NCBI RefSeq assembly: GCF_009914755.1
Contig: NC_060941.1
DNA from: the human T2T-CHM13v2.0 reference genome, Homo sapiens
Direction: 5' to 3' (one strand)
DNA length: 64,000 bases
Made by a program: the position numbers and the translations under genes. Shown here one piece after another: positions 10,701 through 25,265 of the stretch (position 1 is its first letter; each line of letters starts with the position of its first letter). The notes beneath the pieces were generated by a model. That model ran no database searches. It was not told the origin of the DNA and saw nothing but the letters and a program-made list of their open reading frames with translations.

Positions 10701-13700
10701 TTCCATTCCATTCCATTCCTCTTGGATGGATTCCATACCATTCCATTCCATTCCGTTCCATTCCATTCGTGTTGTTTCCATTCCATTCCATTCCATTCCA
10801 TTCGAATTCATTCCATTCCTCTCCATGTCACTGGGATTGATTCAATTCCATTCTAATCCATTCCATTCCACTCCATTACATTCGATAACATTACATTCCA
10901 CTCAGTTTGATTCAACTCCATTCCATTCCATTCCATTCCATTCCATTCCATTCCATTCCATTCCATTCCATTCCCTTCCATTCCATTCCACTCGAATGGA
11001 TTCAATTCCATTCTGTTCCATTCTATTCCATTCCATTCCATTCCATTCCATTCCACTCGGGTTCATTCCATTCCATTCCTTTCCATTCCATTCCACTAGG
11101 GTTGATTTCCTTACATTCCATTCTAATCCATTCCATTCCATTCCATTCCATTCCATTCCATTCTATTCCATTCCATTCCACAAGGGTTGATTCCATTCCA
11201 TTTCATTCCTTTCCATTCCATTCCATTCCATTCCACTCGGGTTGATTCAATTCCATTCTATTCCATTCCATTCCATTCCATTCCATTCCATTCGATTTCA
11301 GTTGATTCTATTCCTTTCTATTCCATTAAATGCCATTCCATTCCATTCCATTACATTCCAGTTAAATCCGTTATATTCCATTCCATTCCATTCCACTCGG
11401 GTTCATTCCATTCTGTTGTATTCCATTCCATTCCATTCTATTCCATACCATTCCATTCCATTGCATTCCACTCGGGTTGATTCTATTCCATTCTGTTCCA
11501 TTGCATTCCATTCCGCTCCGTTCCATTCCATTGCATTCCATTCGGGTTGATTCAATTCCATTCTATTCCATTCCATTCCATTCCTTTCCACGCGAGTTGA
11601 TAAAATTCCATTCTATTCCTTTCCTTTCAATTCCATTCCATTCCATTCCACTCTGGTTGATTACATTCCATTCCATGCCGTTCTATTCCACTCGGTGTGA
11701 TTCCTTTCCATTCCATTCCCTTCCATTTCAATCCATTGCTTTCCTTTCCATTCCAATTAATACAATTCCATTCTATTCGATTCCATTCCTTTCCATTCCA
11801 TTCCATTCCATTCCATTCCATTCCATTCCAGTTGATTCCATTCCATTCCTTTCGATTCCATTCCATTCCATTCCATTCCATTCCATTCCATTCCATTCCA
11901 CACGGGTTGATTCCATTCCATTCCAGTCCATTCCATTCCACTCGGATGGGTTCCATTCCATTCCATTCCATTCCTTTCCATTCCATTCTGTTCCACTAGG
12001 GTTGATTCCGTTCCAATCCATTCCATTCCAATCCATTCCTTTCCGTTCCATTCCATTCCATTCCATTCCATTCCGTTCCATTGCACTAGTTTTGTTTCCA
12101 TTCCTGTCCATTCCATTCCATTCAAATCCATTCCATTCCAGTCCATTCCACTAGGATTGATTCAATTCCATTCTATTCCATTCCATTCCATTCCTTTCCA
12201 TTCCATTACAATGCATTCCACTCAAGTTGATTCCATTCCATTCCATTGCATTCCATTCCATTGCACTCCATTCCATTCCTTTCCACTCGTGTTGATTCCA
12301 TTCCATTCCATTCCATTCCATTCCATTCCATTCCATTTGATTCCATTCCACTGGGGTTGGTTCCATTGCATTCCATTCCATTCCATACCATTCCATTCCA
12401 TTCCAGTTGGTGCAAATACTTTCTATTCGATTCAATTCCATTCCATTCCACTCCGTTCCCTTCCATTCTATTCCATTCCATTGCATTCCATTCCATTCCA
12501 GTTGATTCAATACCATTCTCTTCCGTGCAATTCCATTCGATTCCCCTCCATTCGATTTCATTGCATTCCACTCGGGTAGATTCCATTCCATTTCATTCCA
12601 TTCCATTCCATTCCATTCATTTCCAGTTGATTCCCTTCCATTCCATTCTATTATATTCCACTCGGGTTGTTTCCATCGCATTCCATTCCATTCCATTCCA
12701 TTCTATTCCATTCCACTCCAGTTGAATCAATTTGATTCTGTTCCATATCATTCCATTCCATTCCATTCCATACCATTCCATTCCATTCCATTCCATTCCA
12801 TTCCATTCCGTTCCAGTTGATTCAATTCCATACTATTGTATTCTTTTCTATTCTATTTGATTCCATTCCATTCCATTCCTCTCGGATGGATTCCATACCA
12901 TTCCATTCCATTCCGTTCCATTCCATTCGTGTTGTTTCCATTCCATTCCATTCCATTCCATTCGAATTCATTCCATTCCTCTCCATGTCACTGGGATTGA
13001 TTCAATTCCATTCTAATCCATTCCATTCCACTCCATTACATTCGATAACATTACATTCCACTCAGTTTGATTCAACTCTATTCCATTCCATTCCATTCCA
13101 TTCCGTTCCATTCCTTTCTATTACACGGCGGTTGATTCCATTCCATTCCCTTCCATTCCATTCCACTCGAATGGATTCAATTCCATTCTGTTCCATTCTA
13201 TTCCATTCCATTCCATTCCATTCCATTCCACTCGGGTTCATTCCATTCCATTCCTTTCCATTCCATTCCACTAGGGTTGATTTCCTTACATTCCATTCGA
13301 ATCCATTCCATTCCATTCCATTCCATTCCATTCCATTCCATTCCACTCGGGTTGATTCCATTCCATTTCATTCCTTTCCATTCCATTCCATTCCATTCCA
13401 CTCGGGTTGATTCAATTCCATTCTATTCCATTCCATTCCGTTCCATTCCATTCCACTCGGGTTGATACCAGTCCATTCCATTCCATTCCATTCCATTCCA
13501 TTCGATTTCAGTTGATTCTATTCCTTTCTATTCCATTAAATGCCATTCCATTCCATTCCATTACATTCCAGTTAAATCCGTTATATTCCATTCCATTCCA
13601 TTCCACTCGGGTTCATTCCATTCTGTTGTATTCCATTCCATTCCATTCTATTCCATACCATTCCATTCCATTGCATTCCACTCGGGTTGATTCTATTCCA

Positions 13701-13800
13701 TTCTGTTCCATTGCATTCCATTCCGCTCCGTTCCATTCCATTGCATTCCATTCGGGTTGATTCAATTCCATTCTATTCCATTCCATTCCATTCCTTTCCA

Positions 13801-16045
13801 CGCGAGTTGATAAAATTCCATTCTATTCCTTTCCTTTCAATTCCATTCCATTCCATTCCACTCTGGTTGATTACATTCCATTCCATGCCGTTCTATTCCA
13901 CTCGGTGTGATTCCTTTCCATTCCATTCCCTTCCATTTCAATCCATTGCTTTCCTTTCCATTCCAATTAATACAATTCCATTCTATTTGATTCCATTCCT
14001 TTCCATTCCATTCCATTCCATTCCATTCCATTCCATTCCATTCCATTCCAGTTGATTCCATTCCATTCCTTTCGATTCCATTCCATTCCATTCCATTCCA
14101 TTCCACTCGGGTTGATTCCATTCCATTCCAGTCCATTCCATTCCACTCGGATGGGTTCCATTCCATTCCATTCCATTCCTTTCCATTCCATTCCATTCCA
14201 CTCGGGTTGATTCCGTTCCAATCCATTCCATTCCAATCCATTCCTTTCCGATCCATTGGATTCCATTCCATTCCATTCCATTCCATTCCATTCCGTTCCA
14301 TTGAACTAGTTTTGTTTCCATTCCAGTCCATTCCATTCCATTCAAATCCATTCCATTCCACTCCATTCCACTAGGATTGATTCAATTCCATTCTATTCCA
14401 TTCCATTCCATTCCTTTCCATTCCATTACAATGCATTCCACTCAAGTTGATTCCATTCCATTCCATTGCATTCCATTCCATTGCACTCCATTCCATTCCT
14501 TTCCACTCGTGTTGATTCCATTCCATTCCATTCCATTCCATTCCATTCCATTCCATTCCATTCCATTCCATTTGATTCCATTCCACTGGGGTTGGTTCCA
14601 TTGCATTCCATTCCATTCCATACCATTCCATTCCATTCCAGTTGGTGCAAATACTTTCTATTCGATTCAATTCCATTCCATTCCACTCCGTTCCCTTCCA
14701 TTCTATGCCATTCCATTGCATTCCATTCCATTCCAGTTGATTCAATACCATTCTCTTCCGTGCAATTCCATTCGATTCCCCTCCATTCGATTTCATTGCA
14801 TTCCACTCGGGTAGATTCCATTCCATTTCATTCCATTCCATTCCATTCCATTCATTTCCAGTTGATTCCCTTCCATTCCATTCTATTATATTCCACTCGG
14901 GTTGTTTCCATCGCATTCCATTCCATTCCATTCCATTCTATTCCATTCCACTCCAGTTGAATCAATTTGATTCTGTTCCATATCATTCCATTCCATTCCA
15001 TTCCATACCATTCCATTCCATTCCATTCCATTCCATTCCATTCCGTTCCAGTTGATTCAATTCCATACTATTGTATTCTTTTCTATTCTATTTGATTCCA
15101 TTCCATTCCATTCCTCTTGGATGGATTCCATACCATTCCATTCCATTCCGTTCCATTCCATTCGTGTTGTTTCCATTCCATTCCATTCCATTCCATTCGA
15201 ATTCATTCCATTCCTCTCCATGTCACTGGGATTGATTCAATTCCATTCTAATCCATTCCATTCCACTCCATTACATTCGATAACATTACATTCCACTCAG
15301 TTTGATTCAACTCCATTCCATTCCATTCCATTCCATTCCATTCCATTCCGTTCCATTCCTTTCTATTACACGGCGGTTGATTCCATTCCATTCCCTTCCA
15401 TTCCATTCCACTCGAATGGATTCAATTCCATTCTGTTCCATTCTATTCCATTCCATTCCATTCCATTCCATTCCATTCCACTCGGGTTCATTCCATTCCA
15501 TTCCTTTCCATTCCATTCCACTAGGGTTGATTTCCTTACATTCCATTCGAATCCATTCCATTCCATTCCATTCCATTCCATTCCATTCCACTCGGGTTGA
15601 TTCCATTCCATTTCATTCCTTTCCATTCCATTCCATTCCATTCCACTCGGGTTGATTCAATTCCATTCTATTCCATTCCATTCCGTTCCATTCCATTCCA
15701 CTCGGGTTGATACCAGTCCATTCCATTCCATTCCATTCCATTCCATTCGATTTCAGTTGATTCTATTCCTTTCTATTCCATTAAATGCCATTCCATTCCA
15801 TTCCATTACATTCCAGTTAAATCCGTTATATTCCATTCCATTCCATTCCACTCGGGTTCATTCCATTCTGTTGTATTCCGTTCCATTCCATTCTATTCCA
15901 TACCATTCCATTCCATTGCATTCCACTCGGGTTGATTCTATTCCATTCTGTTCCATTGCATTCCATTCCGCTCCGTTCCATTCCATTGCATTCCATTCGG
16001 GTTGATTCAATTCCATTCTATTCCATTCCATTCCATTCCTTTCCA
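13801..16045 (+). repeat. Representative full-length HOR unit (2245 bp)
   Basis: Marker-to-marker interval containing every landmark once: CTCGGTGTGA, ATTAATACAA, CTCGGATGGG, ACTAGT (SpeI), ATGCAT (NsiI), CTGGGGTTGG, TGCAAATACT, CTCGGGTAGA, TACTATTGTA, GAATTC (EcoRI), ACACGGCGG, GATACCAGTC, GTTAAATCCG. Confidence 0.9.
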
Positions 16046-19000
16046 CGCGAGTTGATAAAATTCCATTCTATTCCTTTCCTTTCAATTCCATTCCATTCCA
16101 TTCCACTCTGGTTGATTACATTCCATTCCATGCCGTTCTATTCCACTCGGTGTGATTCCTTTCCATTCCATTCCCTTCCATTTCAATCCATTGCTTTCCT
16201 TTCCATTCCAATTAATACAATTCCATTCTATTCGATTCCATTCCTTTCCATTCCATTCCATTCCATTCCATTCCATTCCATTCCATTCCAGTTGATTCCA
16301 TTCCATTCCTTTCGATTCCATTCCATTCCATTCCATTCCATTCCACTCGGGTTGATTCCATTCCATTCCAGTCCATTCCATTCCACTCGGATGGGTTCCA
16401 TTCCATTCCATTCCATTCCTTTCCATTCCATTCCATTCCACTCGGGTTGATTCCGTTCCAATCCATTCCATTCCAATCCATTCCTTTCCGATCCATTGGA
16501 TTCCATTCCATTCCATTCCATTCCATTCCATTCCGTTCCATTGAACTAGTTTTGTTTCCATTCCAGTCCATTCCATTCCATTCAAATCCATTCCATTCCA
16601 CTCCATTCCACTAGGATTGATTCAATTCCATTCTATTCCATTCCATTCCATTCCTTTCCATTCCATTACAATGCATTCCACTCAAGTTGATTCCATTCCA
16701 GTCCATTCCATTCCACTCGGATGGGTTCCATTCCATTCCATTCCATTCCTTTCCATTACATTCTGTTCCACTAGGGTTGATTCCGTTCCAATCCATTCCA
16801 TTCCAATCCATTCCTTTCCGTTCCATTCCATTCCATTCCATTCCGTTCCATTGCACTAGTTTTGTTTCCATTCCTGTCCATTCCATTCCATTCAAATCCA
16901 TTCCGTTCCACTCCATTCCACTAGGATTGATTCAATTCCATTCTATTCCATTCCATTCCTTTCCATTCCATTACAATGCATTCCACTCAAGTTGATTCCA
17001 TTCCATTCCATTCCATTCCATTGCATTCCATTCCATTGCACTCCATTCCGTTCCTTTCCACTCGTGTTGATTCCATTCCGTTCCATTCCATTCCAATACA
17101 TTCCATTCCATTCCATTCGATTCCATTCCACTGGGGTTTGTTCCATTGCATTCCATTCCATTCCATACCATTCCATTCCATTCCAGTTGGTGCAAATACT
17201 TTCTATTCGATTCAATTCCATTCCATTCCACTCCGTTCCCTTCCATTCTATTGCATTCCATTTCATTCCATTCCATTCCAGTTGATTCAATACCATTCTC
17301 TTCCGTGCAATTCCATTCGATTCCCCTCCATTCGATTTCATTGCATTCCACTCGGGTAGATTCCATTCCATTTCATTCCATTCCATTCCATTCCATTCAT
17401 TTCCAGTTGATTCCCTTCCATTCCATTCCATTATATTCCACTCGGTTTGTTTCCATTGCATTCCATTCCATTCCATTCCATTCTATTCCATTCCACTCCA
17501 GTTGAATCAATTTGATTCTGTTCCATATCATTCCATTCCATTCCATTCCATACCATTCCATTCCATTCCATTCCATTCCATTCCATTCCATTCCATTCCA
17601 TTCCATTCCATTCCGTTCCAGTTGATTCAATTCCACACTATTGTATTCTTTTCTATTCTATTTGATTCCATTCCATTCCATTCCTCTCGGATGGATTCCA
17701 TACCATTCCATTCCATTCCGTTCCATTCCATTCTTGTTGTTTCCATTCCATTCCATTCCATTCCATTCGAATTCATTCCATTCCTCTCCATGTCACTGGG
17801 ATTGATTCAATTCCATTCTAATCCATTCCATTCCACTCCATTACATTCGATAACATTACATTCCACTCAGTTTGATTCAACTCCATTCCATTCCATTCCA
17901 TTCCATTCCATTCCATTCCTTTCTATTACACGGCGGTTGATTCCATTCCATTCCCTTCCATTCCATTCCACTCGAATGGATTCAATTCCATTCTGTTCCA
18001 TTCTATTCCATTCCATTCCACTCGGGTTCATTCCATTCCATTCCTTTCCATTCCATTCCACTAGGGTTGATTTCCTTACATTCCATTCGAATCCATTCCA
18101 TTCCATTCCATTCTATTCCATTCCATTCCACACGGGTTGATTCCATTCCATTTCATTCCTTTCCATTCCATTCCATTCCATTCCACTCGGGTTGATTCAA
18201 TTCCATTCTATTCCATTCCATTCCGTTCCATTCCATTCCACTCGGGTTGATACCAGTCCATTCCATTCCATTCCATTCCATTCCATTCGATTTCAGTTGA
18301 TTCTATTCCTTTCTATTCCATTAAATGCCATTCCATTCCATTCCATTACATTCCAGTTAAATCCGTTATATTCCATTCCATTCCATTCCACTCGGGTTCA
18401 TTCCATTCTGTTGTATTCCATTCCATTCCATTGTATTCCATACCATTCCATTCCATTGCATTCCACTCGGGTTGACTCTATTCCATTCTGTTCCATTCCA
18501 TTCCATTCCGTTCCAGTTGATTCAATTCCATACTATTGTATTCTTTTCTATTCTATTTGATTCCATTTCATTCCATTCCTCTCGGATGGATTCCATACCA
18601 GTCCATTCCATTCCGTTCCATTCCATTCGTGTTGTTTCCATTCCATTCCATTCCATTCCATTCGAATTCATTCCACTCCTCTCCATGTCACTGGGATTGA
18701 TTCAATTCCATTCTAATCCATTCCATTCCACTCCATTACATTCGATAACATTACATTCCACTCAGATTGATTCAACTCCATTCCATTCCATTCCACTCCA
18801 TTCCATTCCATTCCTTTCTATTACACGGCGGTTGATTCCATTCCATTCCCTTCCATTCCATTCCACTCGAATGGATTCAATTCCATTCTGTTCCATTCTA
18901 TTCCATTCCATTCAATTCCATTCCATTCCACTCGGTTTCATTCCATTCCATTCCTTTCCATTCCATTCCACTAGGGTTGATTTCCTTACATTCCATTCGA

Positions 19001-19520
19001 ATCCATTCCATTCCATTCCATTCCATTCCATTCCATTCCATTCCATTCCATTCCATTCCATTCCACTCGGGTTGATTCCATTCCAATTCATTCCTTTCCA
19101 TTCCATTCCATTCCATTCCACTCGGGTTGATTCAATTCCATTCTATTCCATTCCATTCCGTTCCATTCCATTCCACTCGGGTTGATACCAGTCCATTCCA
19201 TTCCATTCCATTCCATTCCATTCGATTTCAGTTGATTCTATTCCTTTCTATTCCATTAAATGCCATTCCATTCCATTCCATTACATTCCAGTTAAATCCG
19301 TTATATTCCATTCCATTCCATTCCACTCGGGTTCATTCCATTCTGTTGTATTCCATTCCATTCCATTCTATTCCATACCATTCCATTCCATTGCATTCCA
19401 CTCGGGTTGATTCTATTCCATTCTGTTCCATTGTATTCCATTCCGCTCCGTTCCATTCCATTGCATTCCATTCGGGTTGATTCAATTCCATTCTATTCCA
19501 TTCCATTCCATTCCTTTCCA
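16046..19520 (+). repeat. Expanded HOR unit (3475 bp) with ~305-bp and ~0.9-kb internal tandem duplications
   Basis: ACTAGT occurs twice (16545, 16855) and CTCAAGTTGA twice (16681, 16986). (T/C)ACTATTGTA occurs twice (17636, 18531) and TACCAGTCCA twice (18251, 19186). Confidence 0.9.
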
Positions 19521-21770
19521 CGCGAGTTGATAAAATTCCATTCTATTCCTTTCCTTTCAATTCCATTCCATTCCATTGCACTCTGGTTGATTACATTCCA
19601 TTCCATGCCGTTCTATTCCACTCGGTGTGATTCCTTTCCATTCCATTCCCTTCCATTTCAATCCATTGCTTTCCTTTCCATTCCAATTAATACAATTCCA
19701 TTCTATTCGATTCCATTCCTTTCCATTCCATTCCATTCCATTCCATTCCATTCCAGTTGATTCCATTCCATTCCTTTCGATTCCATTCCATTCCATTCCA
19801 TTCCATTCCACACGGGTTGATTCCATTCCATTCCAGTCCATTCCATTCCACTCGGATGGGTTCCATTCCATTCCATTCCATTCCTTTCCATTCCATTCCG
19901 TTCCACTCGGGTTGATTCCGTTCCAATCCATTCCATTCCAATCCATTCCTTTCCGTTCCATTCCATTCCATTCCATTCCATTCCATTCCATTCCATTCCG
20001 TTCCATTGCACTAGTTTTGTTTCCATTCCAGTCCATTCCATTCCATTCAAATCCATTCCATTCCAGTCCATTCCACTAGGATTGATTCAATTCCATTCTA
20101 TTCCATTCCATTCCATTCCTTTCCATTCCATTACAATGCATTCCACTCAAGTTGATTCCATTCCATTCCATTCCATTCCATTGCATTCCATTCCATTGCA
20201 CTCCATTCCATTCCTTTCCACTCGTGTTGATTCCATTCCATTCCATTCCATTCCATTACATTCCATTCCATTCCATTTGATTCCATTCCCCTGGGGTTGG
20301 TTCCATTGCATTCCATTCCATTCCATACCATTCCATTCCATTCCAGTTGGTGCAAATACTTTCTATTCGATTCAATTCCATTCCATTCCACTCCATTCCC
20401 TTCCATTCTATTCCATTCCATTGCATTCCATTCCATTCCAGTTGATTCAATACCATTCTCTTCCGTGCAATTCCATTCGATTCCCCTCCATTCGATTTCA
20501 TTGCATTCCACTCGGGTAGATTCCATTCCATTTCATTTCATTCCATTCCATTCCATTCATTTCCAGTTGATTCCCTTCCATTCCATTCTATTATATTCCA
20601 CTCGGGTTGTTTCCATCGCATTCCATTCCATTCCATTCCATTCTATTCCATTCCACTCCAGTTGAATCAATTTGATTCTGTTCCATATCATTCCATTCCA
20701 TTCCATTCCATACCATTCCATTCCATTCCATTCCATTCCATTCCGTTCCAGTTGATTCAATTCCATACTATTGTATTCTTTTCTATTCTATTTGATTCCA
20801 TTCCATTCCATTCCTCTTGGATGGATTCCATACCATTCCATTCCATTCCGTTCCATTCCATTCGTGTTGTTTCCATTCCATTCCATTCCATTCCATTCGA
20901 ATTCATTCCATTCCTCTCCATGTCACTGGGATTGATTCAATTCCATTCTAATCCATTCCATTCCACTCCATTACATTCGATAACATTACATTCCACTCAG
21001 TTTGATTCAACTCCATTCCATTCCATTCCATTCCATTCCATTCCGTTCCATTCCTTTCTATTACACGGCGGTTGATTCCATTCCATTCCCTTCCATTCCA
21101 TTCCACTCGAATGGATTCAATTCCATTCTGTTCCATTCTATTCCATTCCATTCCATTCCATTCCATTCCACTCGGTTTCATTCCATTCCATTCCTTTCCA
21201 TTCCATTCCACTAGGGTTGATTTCCTTACATTCCATTCGAATCCATTCCATTCCATTCCATTCCATTCCATTCCATTCCATTCCACTCGGGTTGATTCCA
21301 TTCCATTTCATTCCTTTCCATTCCATTCCATTCCATTCCACTCGGGTTGATTCAATTCCATTCTATTCCATTCCATTCCGTTCCATTCCATTCCACTCGG
21401 GTTGATACCAGTCCATTCCATTCCATTCCATTCCATTCCATTCCATTCCATTCCATTCCATTCCATTCCATTCGATTTCAGTTGATTCTATTCCTTTCTA
21501 TTCCATTAAATGCCATTCCATTCCATTCCATTACATTCCAGTTAAATCCGTTATATTCCATTCCATTCCATTCCACTCGGGTTCATTCCATTCTGTTGTA
21601 TTCCATTCCATTCCATTCTATTCCATACCATTCCATTCCATTGCATTCCACTCGGGTTGATTCTATTCCATTCTGTTCCATTGCATTCCATTCCGCTCCG
21701 TTCCGTTCCATTGCATTCCATTCGGGTTGATTCAATTCCATTCTATTCCATTCCATTCCATTCCTTTCCA

Positions 21771-24700
21771 CGCGAGTTGATAAAATTCCATTCTATTCCT
21801 TTCCTTTCAATTCCATTCCATTCCATTCCACTCTGGTTGATTACATTCCATTCCATGCCGTTCTATTCCACTCGGTGTGATTCCTTTCCATTCCATTCCC
21901 TTCCATTTCAATCCATTGCTTTCCTTTCCATTCCAATTAATACAATTCCATTCTATTTGATTCCATTCCTTTCCATTCCATTCCATTCCATTCCATTCCA
22001 TTCCATTCCATTCCAGTTGATTCCATTCCATTCCTTTCGATTCCATTCCATTCCATTCCATTCCATTCCACTCGGGTTGATTCCATTCCATTCCAGTCCA
22101 TTCCATTCCACTCGGATGGGTTCCATTCCATTCCATTCCATTCCTTTCCATTCCATTCCATTCCACTCGGGTTGATTCCGTTCCAATCCATTCCATTCCA
22201 ATCCATTCCTTTCCGATCCATTGGATTCCATTCCATTCCATTCCATTCCATTCCATTCCGTTCCATTGAACTAGTTTTGTTTCCATTCCAGTCCATTCCA
22301 TTCCATTCAAATCCATTCCATTCCACTCCATTCCACTAGGATTGATTCAATTCCATTCTATTCCATTCCATTCCATTCCTTTCCATTCCATTACAATGCA
22401 TTCCACTCAAGTTGATTCCATTCCAGTCCATTCCATTCCACTCGGATGGGTTCCATTCCATTCCATTCCATTCCTTTCCATTACATTCTGTTCCACTAGG
22501 GTTGATTCCGTTCCAATCCATTCCATTCCAATCCATTCCTTTCCGTTCCATTCCATTCCATTCCATTCCATTCCGTTCCATTGCACTAGTTTTGTTTCCA
22601 TTCCTGTCCATTCCATTCCATTCAAATCCATTCCGTTCCACTCCATTCCACTAGGATTGATTCAATTCCATTCTATTCCATTCCATTCCTTTCCATTCCA
22701 TTACAATGCATTCCACTCAAGTTGATTCCATTCCATTCCATTCCATTCCATTGCATTCCATTCCATTGCACTCCATTCCGTTCCTTTCCACTCGTGTTGA
22801 TTCCATTCCGTTCCATTCCATTCCAATACATTCCATTCCATTCCATTCGATTCCATTCCACTGGGGTTTGTTCCATTGCATTCCATTCCATTCCATACCA
22901 TTCCATTCCATTCCAGTTGGTGCAAATACTTTCTATTCGATTCAATTCCATTCCATTCCACTCCGTTCCCTTCCATTCTATTGCATTCCATTGCATTCCA
23001 TTCCATTCCAGTTGATTCAATACCACTCTCTTCCGTGCAATTCCATTCGATTCCCCTCCATTCGATTGCATTGCATTCCACTCGGGTAGATTCCATTCCA
23101 TTTCATTCCATTCCATTCCATTCCATTCATTTCCAGTTGATTCCCTTCCATTCCATTCCATTATATTCCACTCGGGTTGTTTCCATCGCATTCCATTCCA
23201 TTCCATTCCATTCTATTCCATTCCACTCCAGTTGAATCAATTTGATTCTGTTCCATATCATTCCATTCCATTCCATTCCATACCATTCCATTACATTCCA
23301 TTCCATTCCATTCCATTCCATTCCATTCCATTCCATTCCATTCCATTCCGTTCCAGTTGATTCAATTCCACACTATTGTATTCTTTTCTATTCTATTTGA
23401 TTCCATTCCATTCCATTCCTCTCGGATGGATTCCATACCATTCCATTCCATTCCGTTCCATTCCATTCGTGTTGTTTCCATTCCATTCCATTCCATTCCA
23501 TTCGAATTCATTCCATTCCTCTCCATGTCACTGGGATTGATTCAATTCCATTCTAATCAATTCCATTCCACTCCATTACATTCGATAACATTACATTCCA
23601 CTCAGTTTGATTCAACTCCATTCCATTCCATTCCATTCCATTCCATTCCATTCCATTCCATTCCTTTCTATTACACGGCGGTTGATTCCATTCCATTCCC
23701 TTCCATTCCATTCCACTCGAATGGATTCAATTCCATTCTGTTCCATTCTATTCCATTCCATTCCACTCGGGTTCATTCCATTCCATTCCTTTCCATTCCA
23801 TTCCACTAGGGTTGATTTCCTTACATTCCATTCGAATCCATTCCATTCCATTCCATTCTATTCCATTCCATTCCACACGGGTTGATTCCATTCCATTTCA
23901 TTCCTTTCCATTCCATTCCATTCCATTCCACTCGGGTTGATTCAATTCCATTCTATTCCATTCCCTTCCGTTCCATTCCATTCCACTCGGGTTGATACCA
24001 GTCCATTCCATTCCATTCCATTCCATTCCATTCGATTTCAGTTGATTCTATTCCTTTCTATTCCATTAAATGCCATTCCATTCCATTCCATTACATTCCA
24101 GTTAAATCCGTTATATTCCATTCCATTCCATTCCACTCGGGTTCATTCCATTCTGTTGTATTCCATTCCATTCCATTGTATTCCATACCATTCCATTCCA
24201 TTGCATTCCACTCGGGTTGATTCTATTCCATTCTGTTCCATTCCATTCCATTCCGTTCCAGTTTATTCAATTCCATACTATTGTATTCTTTTCTATTCTA
24301 TTTGATTCCATTTCATTCCATTCCTCTCGGATGGATTCCACACCATTCCATTCCATTCCGTTCCATTCCATTCGTGTTGTTTCCATTCCATTCCATTCCA
24401 TTCCATTCGAATTCATTCCATTCCTCTCCATGTCACTGGGATTGATTCAATTCCATTCTATTCCATTCCATTCCACTCCATTACATTCGATAACATTACA
24501 TTCCACTCAGATTGATTCAACTCCATTCCATTCCATTCCACTCCATTCCATTCCATTCCTTTCTATTACACGGCGGTTGATTCCATTCCATTCCCTTCCA
24601 TTCCATTCCACTCGAATGGATTCAATTCCATTCTGTTCCATTCTATTCCATTCCATTCCACTCGGGTTCATTCCATTCCATTCCTTTCCATTCCATTCCA

Positions 24701-25265
24701 CTAGGGTTGATTTCCTTACATTCCATTCGAATCCATTCCATTCCATTCCATTCTATTCCATTCCATTCCACACGGGTTGATTCCATTCCATTTCATTCCT
24801 TTCCATTCCATTCCATTCCTTTCCATTCCATTCCATTCCATTCCACTCGGGTTGATTCAATTCCATTCTATTCCATTCCATTCCGTTCCATTCCATTCCA
24901 CCCGGGTTGATACCAGTCCATTCCATTCCATTCCATTCCATTCCATTCCATTCCATTCCATTCCATTCGATTTCAGTTGATTCTATTCCTTTCTATTCCA
25001 TTAAATGCCATTCCATTCCATTCCATTACATTCCAGTTAAATCCGTTATATTCCATTCCATTCCATTCCACTCGGGTTCATTCCATTCTGTTGTATTCCA
25101 TTCCATTCCATTCTATTCCATACCATTCCATTCCATTGCATTCCACTCGGGTTGATTCTATTCCATTCTGTTCCATTGCATTCCATTCCGCTCCGTTCCA
25201 TTCCATTGCATTCCATTCGGGTTGATTCAATTCCATTCTATTCCATTCCATTCCATTCCTTTCCA
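21771..25265 (+). repeat. Second expanded HOR unit (3495 bp) with the same two internal duplications
   Basis: The same junctions recur at ~22406-22430 and ~24231-24280. It shares private variants with 16046-19520: CTGGGGTTTG (17131/22861), CACTATTGTA (17636/23371), TTGTA TTCCA TACCA (18431/24176). Confidence 0.9.
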
